64,000 nt of DNA from Eledone cirrhosa (Eukaryota), in NCBI GenBank assembly GCA_964016885.1, contig OZ024766.1:16864001-16928000 (forward strand). Direction: 5' to 3'. Position numbers and translations under genes: made by a program. Shown piece by piece: positions 1 to 11,779 of the stretch; position 1 is the stretch's first letter; every line of letters starts with the position of its first letter. The notes beneath the pieces are model-generated. The model did no database searches. It saw nothing but the letters and a program-made list of their open reading frames with translations, and was not told the origin of the DNA.

Positions 1-426
1 ATATATAGAGTAATGTAAATGCTAAAGGGTTAAAGTGTTTATATTTATCTAAAAACCTTCCATCATAATTTTATGTAACAATCTTTAAGTTATGTTCCAT
101 TAGAAATATGGTAATGAAAGGGTTAAAGTGTTTATATTTATCTAAAAACCTTTTATCATAATGATATAAATCATGAAAATTATTGTGTACAGTGCTCAGG
201 TGCACTACAACTCATCAAAGGTGCATGTATAGTACATCGAATAATATACAAATGTCAGGAAAGTGAACTGTGTATGAGTTGTAATATACACACAGATACT
301 TCTTACACCTTCACTCCCACCCTAGGACCTTCAATATGCCCAATCTCAAATTTATTTTTATCTAGAGACATTTTTTTTCCAATTCCAACCCACCCGTACC
401 CCCAAACTATTTTATTTCTCATTCTT

Positions 427-462
427 TCTTCTGATGAAGGACTACCGTCTGAAACGTTAAGA
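427..462 (+). ncRNA. Minimal type I hammerhead ribozyme motif (Penelope-like element fragment ~355-510)
   Basis: tctt-CTGATGA-a-GGAC tacc GTCT-GAA-ACGT-T-aaga: catalytic core boxes, stem II, palindromic stem III and 4-bp stem I. A homologous copy is at 44265-44300. Confidence 0.7.
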
Positions 463-1049
463 CCCTCTTCCTGCTATATCAAGCGTTAACCTAATATATC
501 CCTTCCATATACTGTATCGATTGTGTTGTTATTTCTGTTTACCTTTTACATACATGTCTTGTTATTTCTGTTTACCTTTTATATACATGTCTTGTTATTT
601 CTGTTTACCTTTTATACACATATATGTATATTTACACCTACACGACCTCATTTATTTCGGACTGGATGTTGTGGTACCAACATAACTTTACAGAGAAAGG
701 GGTGGTGTGGATGGGGTTGGGGTAGTGGGATTGGGGTGTATATTTGATTAAGAGGTGCCTACTCACTGTAGGTTTTGCTTTGTACATAGGCAAGGCGGGT
801 CTTCTGTATTACTGCGTAGCGCCAGAGGTCACAGTCCTGTGTCATCGCCTTTGAGAGGTGCAATTGGGTAAGGTCGGCTTTTGTCAACCTCATCCCACCT
901 ACATGTGAGAAACGGTCACCGTCGATTTTGCTGAGACTAGGTATGTAATGGAAGTCACTACTTTAAAATTCATAGCAAATGGTCTTCAAAATGTTTTAAA
1001 ATAAACATACAGTATATTATATCTATATCTAGGGAGGGTAAAATTCCAA

Positions 1050-2820
1050 GATCCATGGACAAGTTCTCTCCAGCGGTCTCTGTCCCTCATTATCGCTGCC
1101 ATGTCCTGCGTCTCTAAGAGACCAGTGTCTGTCCTTAGGGCATCAACATACGTTAACCTCGGTCTTCCTCTTCCAGTGTGTCCATGCAGGGGCTCCCACA
1201 GGAGAACTGAGTGCAGTGTCAACTCTGGATGTCGGTGAGCATGTCCAGCTAACCTCAGTCTCCCTCTTCCAGTGTGTCCATGTAGGGGCTCCCACAGGAG
1301 CACTGAGTGCAGTGTCAACTCTGGATGTCGGTGAGCATGTCCAGCTAACCCCAGTCTCCCTCTTCCAGTGTGTCCATGTAGGGGCTCCCACAGGAGCACT
1401 GAGTGCAGTGTCAACTCTGGATGTCGGTGAGCATGTCCAGCTAACCTCAGTCTCCCTCTTCCAGTGTGTCCATGCAGGGGCTCCCACAGGAGAACTGAGT
1501 GCAGTGTCAACTCTGGATGTCGGTGAGCATGTCCAGCTAACCTCAGTCTCCCTCTTTCAATGTGTCCATGTAGGGGTTCCCACAGGAGCACTGAGTGCAG
1601 TGTCAACTCTGGATGTCGGTGAGCATGTCCAGCTAACCTCAGTCTCCCTCTTCTAGTGTGTCCATGTAGGGGCTCCCACAGGAGCACTGAGTGCAGTGTC
1701 AACTCTGGATGTCGGTGAGCATGTCCAGCTAACCCCAGTCTCCCTCTTCCAGTGTGTCCATGTAGGGGCTCCCACAGGAGCACTGAGTGCAGTGTCAACT
1801 CTGGATGTCGGTGAGCATGTCCAGCTAACCTCAGTCTCCCTCTTCCAGTGTGTCCATGCAGGGGCTCCCACAGGAGAACTGAGTGCAGTGTCAACTCTGG
1901 ATGTCGGTGAGCATGTCCAGCTAACCTCAGTCTCCCTCTTCTAGTGTGTCCATGTAGGGGCTCCCACAGGAGCACTGAGTGCAGTGTCAACTCTGGATGT
2001 CGGTGAGCATGTCCAGCTAACCCCAGTCTCCCTCTTCCAGTGTGTCCATGTAGGGGCTCCCACAGGAGCACTGAGTGCAGTGTCAACTCTGGATGTCGGT
2101 GAGCATGTCCAGCTAACCTCAGTCTCCCTCTTCCAGTGTGTCCATGCAGGGGCTCCCACAGGAGAACTGAGTGCAGTGTCAACTCTGGATGTCGGTGAGC
2201 ATGTCCAGCTAACCTCAGTCTCCCTCTTCTAGTGTGTCCATGTAGGGGCTCCCACAGGAGAACTGAGTGCAGTGTCAACTCTGGATGTCGGTGAGCATGT
2301 CCAGCTAACCTCAGTCTCCCTCTTCCAGTGTGTCCATGTAGGGGCTCCCACAGGAGCACTGAGTGCAGTGTCAACTCTGGATGTCGGTGAGCATGTCCAG
2401 CTAACCTCAGTCTCCCTCTTCTAGTGTGTCCATATAGGGGCTCCCACAGGAGCACTGAATGCAGTGTCAACTCTGGATGTCGATGAGCATGTCCAGCTAA
2501 CCTCAGTCTCCTCTGTATCACTTTGGAGCTGACTTTTGGGATGCTCCCATACAGCTCTGAGTTCTTCATCCTCAGTGTATACTGATTAATGTTCAGAGCC
2601 ATCCTCAGCATTCTCATGTAGCACCCCTCCACCATCTGAGTGAGTTTCTTGGCCAGTGTCCAAGTCTCAGACCCGTACAGCAGCACAGACTCCACCACAG
2701 CAATGAAGAGGCGGATCTTCAGGTCTTCACGAAGGTCCGACTTCCACACCGATCTCAAACTGTGGCACGCCGCGCAGGCTCTGCTCTTCCTCTTGACCAC
2801 ATCATCTTCTGTATTCCCAA
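1050..2820 (-). mobile_element. RTE-clade LINE, 3' part of ORF, with internal 96-bp tandem expansion
   Basis: VESVLLYGSETW, RMLRMAL, RLRLAGH, RGRPRLTY and DRDRWR motifs are typical of the RTE post-RT C-terminus. Confidence 0.85.
1165..2510. repeat. 96-bp in-frame tandem repeat, ~14 copies, inside the LINE ORF
   Basis: 32-aa unit RLRLAGHAHRHPELTLHSVLLWEPLHGHTGRG repeated. Confidence 0.95.
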
Positions 2821-2821
2821 T

Positions 2822-3255
2822 CTTTGCTCCCAGATGCCTTACTCGAGTGGCACCAGTAAGGTATCATCAGCCATTGAAAAGAACCATTGAGAGTGTATTT
2901 AACAGCACTAGGGTTAGAGCCCCTAACTACCCTGTCAAAGAGCAGTCTGGTTGTTATACTTCTGCTGGCTTAGAGCCAGAAGGAGGGCCAGTGGATGATG
3001 GATCAGCTGTCTCTGAGACAAATATAAAGAATGCAGTTTTGTCCTGCAGAAGAGCCAATAAAATGGGCACTTTGAATGTGAGGACTATTCGGACGCTGGA
3101 GAAGAGAGAGGAGTTGGGACATCTGTTCGAGGAGAGTGGTATACAGATACTTGCGATCCAAGAACACAGGATCCTACACGATGAGCCCGTGAGGAGTGTG
3201 ATGATTGAGAAGAGGAGCCAGCTCATAACCACATCAGCAGTGAGGAATACAGTCG
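2822..3255 (+). mobile_element. LINE 5' fragment encoding the N-terminus of an APE-type endonuclease
   Basis: GTLNVRT and ILAIQEHR motifs (EEP/APE endonuclease blocks I-II). Confidence 0.8.
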
Positions 3256-3710
3256 GTAGAGGGTCGGACGCCATGCTTTCCAGCATAGTTACGTCCCTTT
3301 ATGATCTGAGTTCAAATCCCGCCGAGGTTGACTTTGCACATTCACTTGCAATCGAAAATAAAGGGAAAGGGAAAGGTTGGACTCAGAGAGCTAGAATGAA
3401 TACCGCAAATTATTCTGTCAGACGACAGACGGCCATCTTGCCTCTTTGAAAATTGCTAAAAGAATTTTTCAAATGAAGGAAAGTTGGAAAGAGGTGGAAA
3501 TCTGCCAAGAAAGACAACCCATGCTATCACACGTCATACGTTTTAACAGAGTAGCGTCCCTTGGTTTTGTAGCGTCACTGCCTGAGAAGATGGGTTTGTC
3601 TCTCTCTCAGAGCGGTCACTGCATGTGCTAGAAATAGCAGCCAAATATCCGTCGAATTGAATGCCGTACCATTTAGTGTCTTCGAATCCGCCTCTGCCCC
3701 CCCCCCCCAA
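3256..3710 (+). mobile_element. Degenerate tRNA-related SINE fragments
   Basis: ctgagttcaaatcccgccgaggttgactttgc (B-box plus SINE body), seen inverted at ~34680-34725. gctagaaatagcagccaaat also recurs at 6918, 10763 and 24520. Confidence 0.55.
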
Positions 3711-3764
3711 ATAACGGATAGTCACGGATGGAATGTCTCTGATCATAATCCTGCCATAATAAAA

Positions 3765-5930
3765 TACACCCCGTACACTCTGTAATGTGTTGGTGTCATG
3801 ATATAATACACCCCGTACACTCTGTAAAGTGGTAGTGTTGGTGACATGATATAATACACCCAGTACACTCTGTAAAGTGGTAGTGTTGATGTCATGATAT
3901 AATACACCCAGTACACTCTGTAAAGTGGTAGTGTTGGTGACATGAGATAATACACCCAGTACACTCTGTAAAGTGGTAGTGTTGGTGTCATGATATAATA
4001 CACCCAGTACACTCTGTATAGTGGTAGTGTTGGTGACATGGTAAAATACACCCAGTGCACTCTGTAAAGTGGTAGTGTTGGTGACATGATAAAATACACC
4101 CAGTACACTCTGTAAAGTGGTAGTGTTGGTGACATGATGTAATACACCCAGTACACTCTGTAAAGTGGTAGTGTTGGTGTCATGATAAATACACCCAGTA
4201 CACTCTGTAAAGTGGTAGTGTTGGTGTCATGATATAATACACCCAGTACACTCTGTAAAGTGGTAGTGTTGGTGTCATGATAAAATACACCCAGTACACT
4301 CTGTAAAGTGGTGGTGTTGGTGTCATGATAAAATACACCCAGTACACTCTGTAAAGTGGTAGTGTTGGTGACATGATATAATACACCCAGTACACTCTGT
4401 AAAGTGGTAGTGTTGGTGACATGATAAAATGCACCCAGTACACTCTGTAAAGTGGTAGTGTTGGTGTCATGATATAATACACCCAGTACACTCTGTAAAG
4501 TGGTAGTGTTGGTGTCATGATAACATACACCCAGTACACTCTGTAAAGTGGTAGTGTTGGTGTCATGATATAAGACACCCAGTACACTCTGTAAAGTGGT
4601 AGTGTTGGTGTCATGATATAATACACCCAGTACACTCTGTAAAGTGGTAGTGTTGGTGTCATGATAAGATACACCCAGTACACTCTGTAAAGTGGTAGTG
4701 TTGGTGACATGATAAAATGCACCCAGTACACTCTGTATAGTGGTAGTGTTGGTGTCATGATATAATACAACCAGTACACTCTGTAAAGTGGTAGTGTTGG
4801 TGTCATGATAAATACACCCAGTACACTCTGTAAAGTGGTAGTGTTGGTGACATGATGTAATACACCCAGTACACTCTGTAAAGTGGTAGTGCTGGTGTCA
4901 TGATATAATACACCCAGTACACTCTGTAAAGTGGTAGTGTTGGTATCAAGATAAAATGCACCCAGTACACTCTGTATAGTGGTAGTGTTGGTGACATGAT
5001 AAAATACACCCAGTACACTCTGTAAAGTGGTAGTGTTGGTGTCATGATATAATACACCCAGTACACTCTGTAAAGTGGTAGTGTTGGTGTCATGATATAA
5101 TACACCCAGTACACTCTGTAAAGTGGTAGTGTTGGTGTCATGATAAATACACCCAGTACACTCTGTAAAGTGGTAGTGTTTGTGACATGATAAAATACAC
5201 CCAGTACACTCTGTAAAGTGGTAGTGTTGGTGACATGATATAATACACCCAGTACACTCTGTAAAGTGGTAGTGCTGGTGTCATGATATAATACACCCAG
5301 TACACTCTGTAAAGTGGTAGTGTTGGTATCAAGATAAAATGCACCCAGTACACTCTGTATAGTGGTAGTGTTGGTGACATGATAAAATACACCCAGTACA
5401 CTCTGTAAAGTGGTAGTGTTGGTATCAAGATAAAATGCACCCAGTACACTCTGTATAGTGGTAGTGTTGGTGACATGATAAAATACACCCAGTACACTCT
5501 GTAAAGTGGTAGTGTTGGTGTCATGATATAATACACCCAGTACACTCTGTAAAGTGGTAGTGTTGGTGTCATGATATAATACACCCAGTACACTCTGTAA
5601 AGTGGTAGTGCTGGTGTCATGATATAATACACCCAGTACACTCTGTAAAGTGGTAGTGTTGGTGACATGATAAAATACACCCAGTACACTCTGTAAAGTG
5701 GTAGTGTTGGTGACATGATAAAATACACCCAGTACACTCTGTAAAGTGGTAGTGTTGGTGTCATGATAAATACACCCAGTACACTCTGTAAAGTGGTAGT
5801 GTTGGTGTCATGATATAATACACCCAGTACACTCTGTAAAGTGGTAGTGTTGGTGTCATGATAAATACACCCAGTACACTCTGTAAAGTGGTAGTGTTGG
5901 TGACATGATATGATACACCCAGTACACTCA
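3765..5930. repeat. 48-bp minisatellite, ~45 copies
   Basis: Unit cacccagtacactctgtaaagtggtagtgttggtgtcatgatataata. Confidence 0.95.
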
Positions 5931-6182
5931 CCACCACCATCACCACCACACCACCCCATCACCACACCAACACCACCACCACATCACCACCACCACCACC
6001 ACACTACCACACCATCACCACCACCACATCACCATCACCAAATTCCTCAATATTTACCATTATTTCTACGACGTAAAAAGCTTTTGCTACCACCACTACT
6101 ACTACTGCTGTTACTACTACTACTACCACCACTATTACTGCTGCTGCTACTACTACTACCACCACTATTACTACTGCTGCTG

Positions 6183-6217
<35 letters not shown>

Positions 6218-6870
6218 GCTACTACTACCACCACTACTATTACTGCTACTACTACCACCACTACTACTACTGCTACTACTGCTACCACTACTACTACCAC
6301 CACCACCACTACTACTACTACCACCACCACCACCACCACTACCACCACCACCACCACCACCACTACCTATACAATAGAGAGACAGACAGAACTTCGCTAG
6401 CAACTACCACCACCACCACCACCACTACCACTACCACCACCACTACTACTACCTATACAATAGACAGACAGACAGAACTCCGCTAGCAACTACTACTACC
6501 ACTACTACTACTACTACTACTACCACTACCACCACCACTACTACCACCACTACTACCACCACCACACCACCACCACCACCACTACTACTACCTATACAAT
6601 AGACAGACAGACAGAACTCCGCTAGCAACTACTACTACTACCACCACCACCACCACCACTACTACTACCTATACAATAGACAGACAGACAGAACTCCGCT
6701 AGCAACTACTACTACTACTACTACCACTACTACCACCACCACCACCACTACTACTACCTATACAATAGACAGACAGACAGAACTCCGCTAGCAACTACTA
6801 CTACTACTACTACCACTACTACTACCTATACAATAGACAGACAGACAGAACTCCGCTAGCAACTAGTGCT
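5931..6870. repeat. (CAC)n/(CTA)n microsatellite with interspersed ~40-bp unit
   Basis: cctatacaatagacagacagacagaactccgctagcaact repeated between trinucleotide runs. Confidence 0.9.
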
Positions 6871-6969
6871 ACTACTAATCGTACCAAAGACAGAACCCCT
6901 CAGTGGTCGTTTGGGTTGCTAGAAATAGCAGTGAAATACACCATCTTAAAAGGAAATTGAAGGACAAAT

Positions 6970-7007
<38 letters not shown>

Positions 7008-7010
<3 letters not shown>

Positions 7011-7117
7011 AAAATGTAAGACCCCGACGGCAGAGCTCAAGCCGTTCCGACGGCTGTTTCTGGTCCAGAAATAGCCGTCGAAACGGCTTGAGCTCTGTCG
7101 TCGGGGTCTTACATTTT

Positions 7118-7173
<56 letters not shown>

Positions 7174-7343
7174 AAAATGTAAGACCCCGACGGCTGTTTC
7201 TGGTCCAGAAACAGCCGTCGAAACGGCTTGAGCTCTGCCGTCGGGGTCAAACATTTTCCTATTACCCACTCTACTACCCTAAGTATTGAGTACTCTGGTG
7301 CGTTATGGTCCATCTGGTTCCTTACCACATTTCCTTCGTTATA
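7008..7343. mobile_element. Unclassified fold-back element in (TA)n; 113-bp palindrome at 7008-7120 (family also at 8444-8500 and 51537-51870)
   Basis: aggaaaatgtaagaccccgacggcagagctc...gagctctgtcgtcggggtcttacattttcct, flanked by TA runs. Confidence 0.75.
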
Positions 7344-7567
7344 TATATGTATATATATATACATATATATATTTATATATAGATTATTTCTGAAGACAGC
7401 ATATATATGTGTAGGTATGTATATTCCCTCTGATAGTTTGTAAAAATTTTACATAGATCTGTGTGATATACATACCAACACACACATATATCCTAGAAAC
7501 GATCGTAAAATGATGAATTTTTTAATATAAGGAACTGTTTCTTTGTTTTTATTCATTGTTTTTATTA

Positions 7568-7637
<70 letters not shown>

Positions 7638-7642
<5 letters not shown>

Positions 7643-7712
7643 GTCCCAAAAAATGTATACACGCTTCAATAGCATTCTAATGAAAATGTATATACATTTC
7701 TGGGGGACACTC
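7638..7712. mobile_element. Tc1/mariner-type MITE (~75 bp); further copies at 8881-8955 and 27198-27280
   Basis: TIRs (ca)gggtgtcccaaaaaatgtatac ... gtatacatttttggggacac, inserted in TA context. Confidence 0.65.
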
Positions 7713-7833
7713 TTTAAATATTCTTTTCCCCTTTTACTGGTTCCGGCTGAGGCCATGCTGGGGCATTGTCTTTATATATATATATTAAGAGAGTAAAACA
7801 AAGAAGCCTTCAATACATCAAAAGTTTTTATTA

Positions 7834-7871
7834 GCCGACAATGTTTCGTCCTATTAAGGACTCGTCAGGGC
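7834..7871 (-). ncRNA. Minimal type I hammerhead ribozyme motif
   Basis: Minus strand reads gcc-CTGACGA-GTCCT taat AGGAC-GAAAC att GTC-ggc: canonical core, 5-bp stem II, GUC cleavage triplet and 3-bp stem I. Confidence 0.8.
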
Positions 7872-8072
7872 AATTAAATTTAATTCATTTAATTAAATTT
7901 AAATTCATTTCTATAATACGAAGAGGGTGTTTAACTCCAACACGCTCCAGTATTTTAACCCTTATATATATATATATATAGAAGTTATATTTAATTTGTT
8001 GGGATACAACAAGCTAAAAATATTTTTATAACAGATATAAAGCACTCAACAAATTATTGGAGTAAAAATACG

Positions 8073-8423
8073 ATATATTAACAAATGGAAACTATATTTA
8101 TAAAACCATATTTATTTCATTATACATATTTCAAGGACACCAAAGCAAATTATGGTGCGCTTTCATCAGATAAAATATAATATAGATCAGTTTTATAAAT
8201 AAATATTGACCTACCCTTAAAGAATGCGACCATGTCGGACTACCCGGGAGCTTCCAACCGACATGGTCGCATTCTTTAAGGGTAGGTCAATATTTGTTTA
8301 TAAAACTGATCTATATTATATTTTATCTGATGAAAGCGCACCATAATTTGCTTTGGTGTCCTTGAAATATGTATAATGAAATAAATATGGTTTTATAAAT
8401 ATAGTTTCCATTTGTTAATATAT
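8073..8423. mobile_element. 351-bp palindrome (166-bp arms, 19-nt loop), Penelope-like inverted terminal structure
   Basis: Arms 8073-8238 and 8258-8423 are reverse complements with one mismatch seen. Each arm carries a hammerhead-like motif. A single-arm relative lies at ~53747-53930. Confidence 0.8.
8319..8383 (+). ncRNA. Hammerhead-like motif with long stem II (mirrored on the minus strand in the left arm of the palindrome)
   Basis: tattttat-CTGATGA-aagcgcacca..tggtgtcctt-GAA-ATA tg TAT-A-atgaaata: 8-bp stem I. Confidence 0.6.
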
Positions 8424-8489
8424 TGTATATATGTATATATGTAGTCCAGAATTAGCCGTCGAAACGGCTTGAGCTCTGCCGTCGGGGTC

Positions 8490-8507
8490 ATACTTGTTCC
8501 TATATGT

Positions 8508-8546
<39 letters not shown>

Positions 8547-11545
8547 TGTATACATATATATATATATATATATACATATATGTATACATATATATATATA
8601 TATATACATATATGTATACATACATATATATATATATACATATATGCATACATACATACATATACACACACACACACATATATATGTGTGTGTGTGCTTG
8701 TATGTATATATATATATATATATGCGTGTGTGTATATGCATGTGTATATATATATGCGTGTGTGTATGTATGTATGTATGTATGTGTGTGTGTATATGCA
8801 TGTGTATATATATATATATTTTTGGGGGGGACACCCTGTGTGTGCGTATATATATATATATATATATATATACGCACATACAGGGTGTCCCCCCAAAAAA
8901 TGTATACACTTCGACAGCAGGTAATCAAAATATGTATACATTTTTGGGGGACACCATATATATATGTGTGTGTGTATATATATATATATATAATATATAT
9001 ACATATATATTAAATTACATATATATCACACTGGATGGTCATTTTTGGACTGTATTTGATCATATCTGCTGCTATTGATGCAGTGTTGACCTAGGGTTAA
9101 ACCAACAGACGACTACTGCTACCACCATTACTTTTTATTACTCTTACTACCACTACTGCCACCACCATTACTTTTATTACTCTTACTGCCACTTCTGCTA
9201 CCACTATTACTTTTATTACTCTTACTACAACTACTGCTACCACCATTACTTTTATTACTCTTACTACCACTACTGCTACCACTATTACTTTTATTACTCT
9301 TACTACTGCCACCACCACTACTATTATTACTGTTACTACTACTAATATAAACGTATAACAAAGGAAGGGCCAGACTCTCCCTTTCTCTTTCTACTATTCC
9401 TTCTCCTCTAACCCTTTATTTCCCTTATTGTATCTATTACGTTTTCTTTCTTCCTCTCTCTCTCTCTCGTCTTCTCTCCCCCTCCGCTTATTATGTCTAC
9501 TATCTCGCCCTTCCCCTCATCTTCTCTACCCCTCCGCTTATTATGTCTACTACCTCGCCCTACCCCTATCTTCTCTCCCCCTCCTCTTATTGTGTCTACT
9601 ATCTTGCCCTTCCCTCTCTCCTTATTGTGTCTACGTTCTCTCCCTCTCCTTCATCGCCATTCTCTTCCCCTCTCCTTATTATGTTTGCTGCTCTCTCTCT
9701 TCCTTCTCCCTATTGTGTCTGCTACCTTTCTTGTCTCCACGCCCCCCCCCCCCCTTTTCTTTATTGTCTTTCTCCTCTCCCTCCGGTTATTGTGTCTGTC
9801 ACCTCTTCCTCCTCCTCCCTTATTTTGTCTGCTATCTCTTTCTCTCCCCCTCCATAATAGCTTAGTTACCTTTTACCTCGCTCCACTTCCCTCATTGTGT
9901 TACCTCTATCTTTTTTTCCCTCCCCTCTCTTTCGTATTAGTCTTCTCTCACCACTACCACGTCTATCTCGCCACCACCTTTATTCGTCACCTCGGACTAC
10001 TCCTCACATTGAAACTCGACCATCACATCTATTCATCTACTCTGCCTACACCTCTCAATACTGGACCCCCCTCCCACCACCAACTGCAACCACGTTTACC
10101 CGCTTCCTCTCGCTACCACTCCTCTTACAACATCACCACCACCTTTACTCGTCTCCTATCACTACTACTCCGGCTACAAGTTCACCACCTCTACCTCCAC
10201 TGGTCTCCTATCCCTCCTACTCCCACTGCAATAATACCACCTCTACCGGTCTCCTATCACTACTACTCCCCTTACAAGATCACCACCACCACCACTACGT
10301 CTACCGGTCTCCTATCACTACTACTCTCCTTACAAGATCACCACCTCTGCCACCACGACGTCTACCGGTCTACTATCACTACTACTCCCCTTACAAGATC
10401 ACCACCACCACCACATCACCACCTCTACGTCTAACGGTCTACTATCACTACTACTCTCCTTACAACATTACCACCTCTACCACCACCACCACATCACCAC
10501 CACTACGTTTACCGGTCTACTATCACTACTACTTCCCTTACAAGATCACCACCTCTACCACCACCACCACACTACGTCTAACGGTCTCCTATCACTACTA
10601 CTCCCCTTACAAGATCACCACCACCACACTACGTCTAACGGTCTCCTATCACTACTACTCCCCTTACAACATTACCACCTCTACCACCATCACTACTACT
10701 ACTACTATACACATATTTACGTGGTGGAAACAGAACTCCGACAACAGTACCTGTATCGGGCTGCTAAAAATAGCAGCCAAATCTCCTCTTCTTCTCTGTC
10801 TGTCTCGTACAGAAATAGTAGCTAAAAACTTCCCTCATCCTAGATTTCGGAAAGGACTTACAAACATCACGCGAAGGACGTTTTTACGTATGTCGCTGCT
10901 GCCTTCCCCGCACCCTCGAACCGACCTCCCACGCCGCTTCGGTGATGGTCACGGCTGAACTGCTTTCTCGTTGATCACAGCTAGGTCTGTCTGTCTATCT
11001 ATCTAATCTGTCTATCTATCTATCTGTCTGTCTGTCTGTCTATCTATCTGTCTCTCGCCCTTTCTCTCTCTCTGTCTGTCTCTATTTTTCTTACCATCTC
11101 TCTCTCTTTCTTCCACTCTCTCTCTCTCTCTCTCTCTACCTACTTCCATCTGTCTATCGCGTTATCTCTCTCTCTCTCGCTCGCTGTCTCTCCATCTTTC
11201 TTACCATCTTTCTCTCCCTCTCTATTTATCTCTCTTTCTTCCTCCCTCTCTCTCTCTCTCTGTCTCTCCATCTTTCTTACCATCTTTCTCTCCCTCTCTA
11301 TTTATCTCTTTTTCTTCCTCCCTCTCTCTGTCTCTCCATCTTTCTCTCCCTCTCTATTTATCTCTCTTTCTTCCTTCCCTCCCTCCCCTCTCTCTCTCTC
11401 TACCTGTCTATCGCGTTATATCTCTATATAATATATCTGTCTGTCTATATTAGGGTTCTCGTCTCTTTCCCCCTCTCTATATATATATATCTGTCACTGT
11501 CTCCCTCTCTCTTCTACCAGGGTTCTCTCCCCTTTTCCCTTTCTG

Positions 11546-11579
<34 letters not shown>

Positions 11580-11744
11580 ACTCAAGCACTGTCCAACCGC
11601 CACTTCCTTCTACTAGGGTTTTCTACTCTTCTCTCACTCTTCTACCAGGGTTCTCTCCCCCTTCCTTTCTCTCTCTCTCTATATATATATATATCTCACT
11701 CACCGTCCCCTCTCTCTTTTACCAGGGTTCTCTCCCCTTTCCTT

Positions 11745-11779
<35 letters not shown>

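Noticed and set aside
986-2800. Novel 604-aa repeat protein gene
   Set aside because: It is a LINE C-terminal fragment lacking the RT core, and the repeat is DNA-level expansion.
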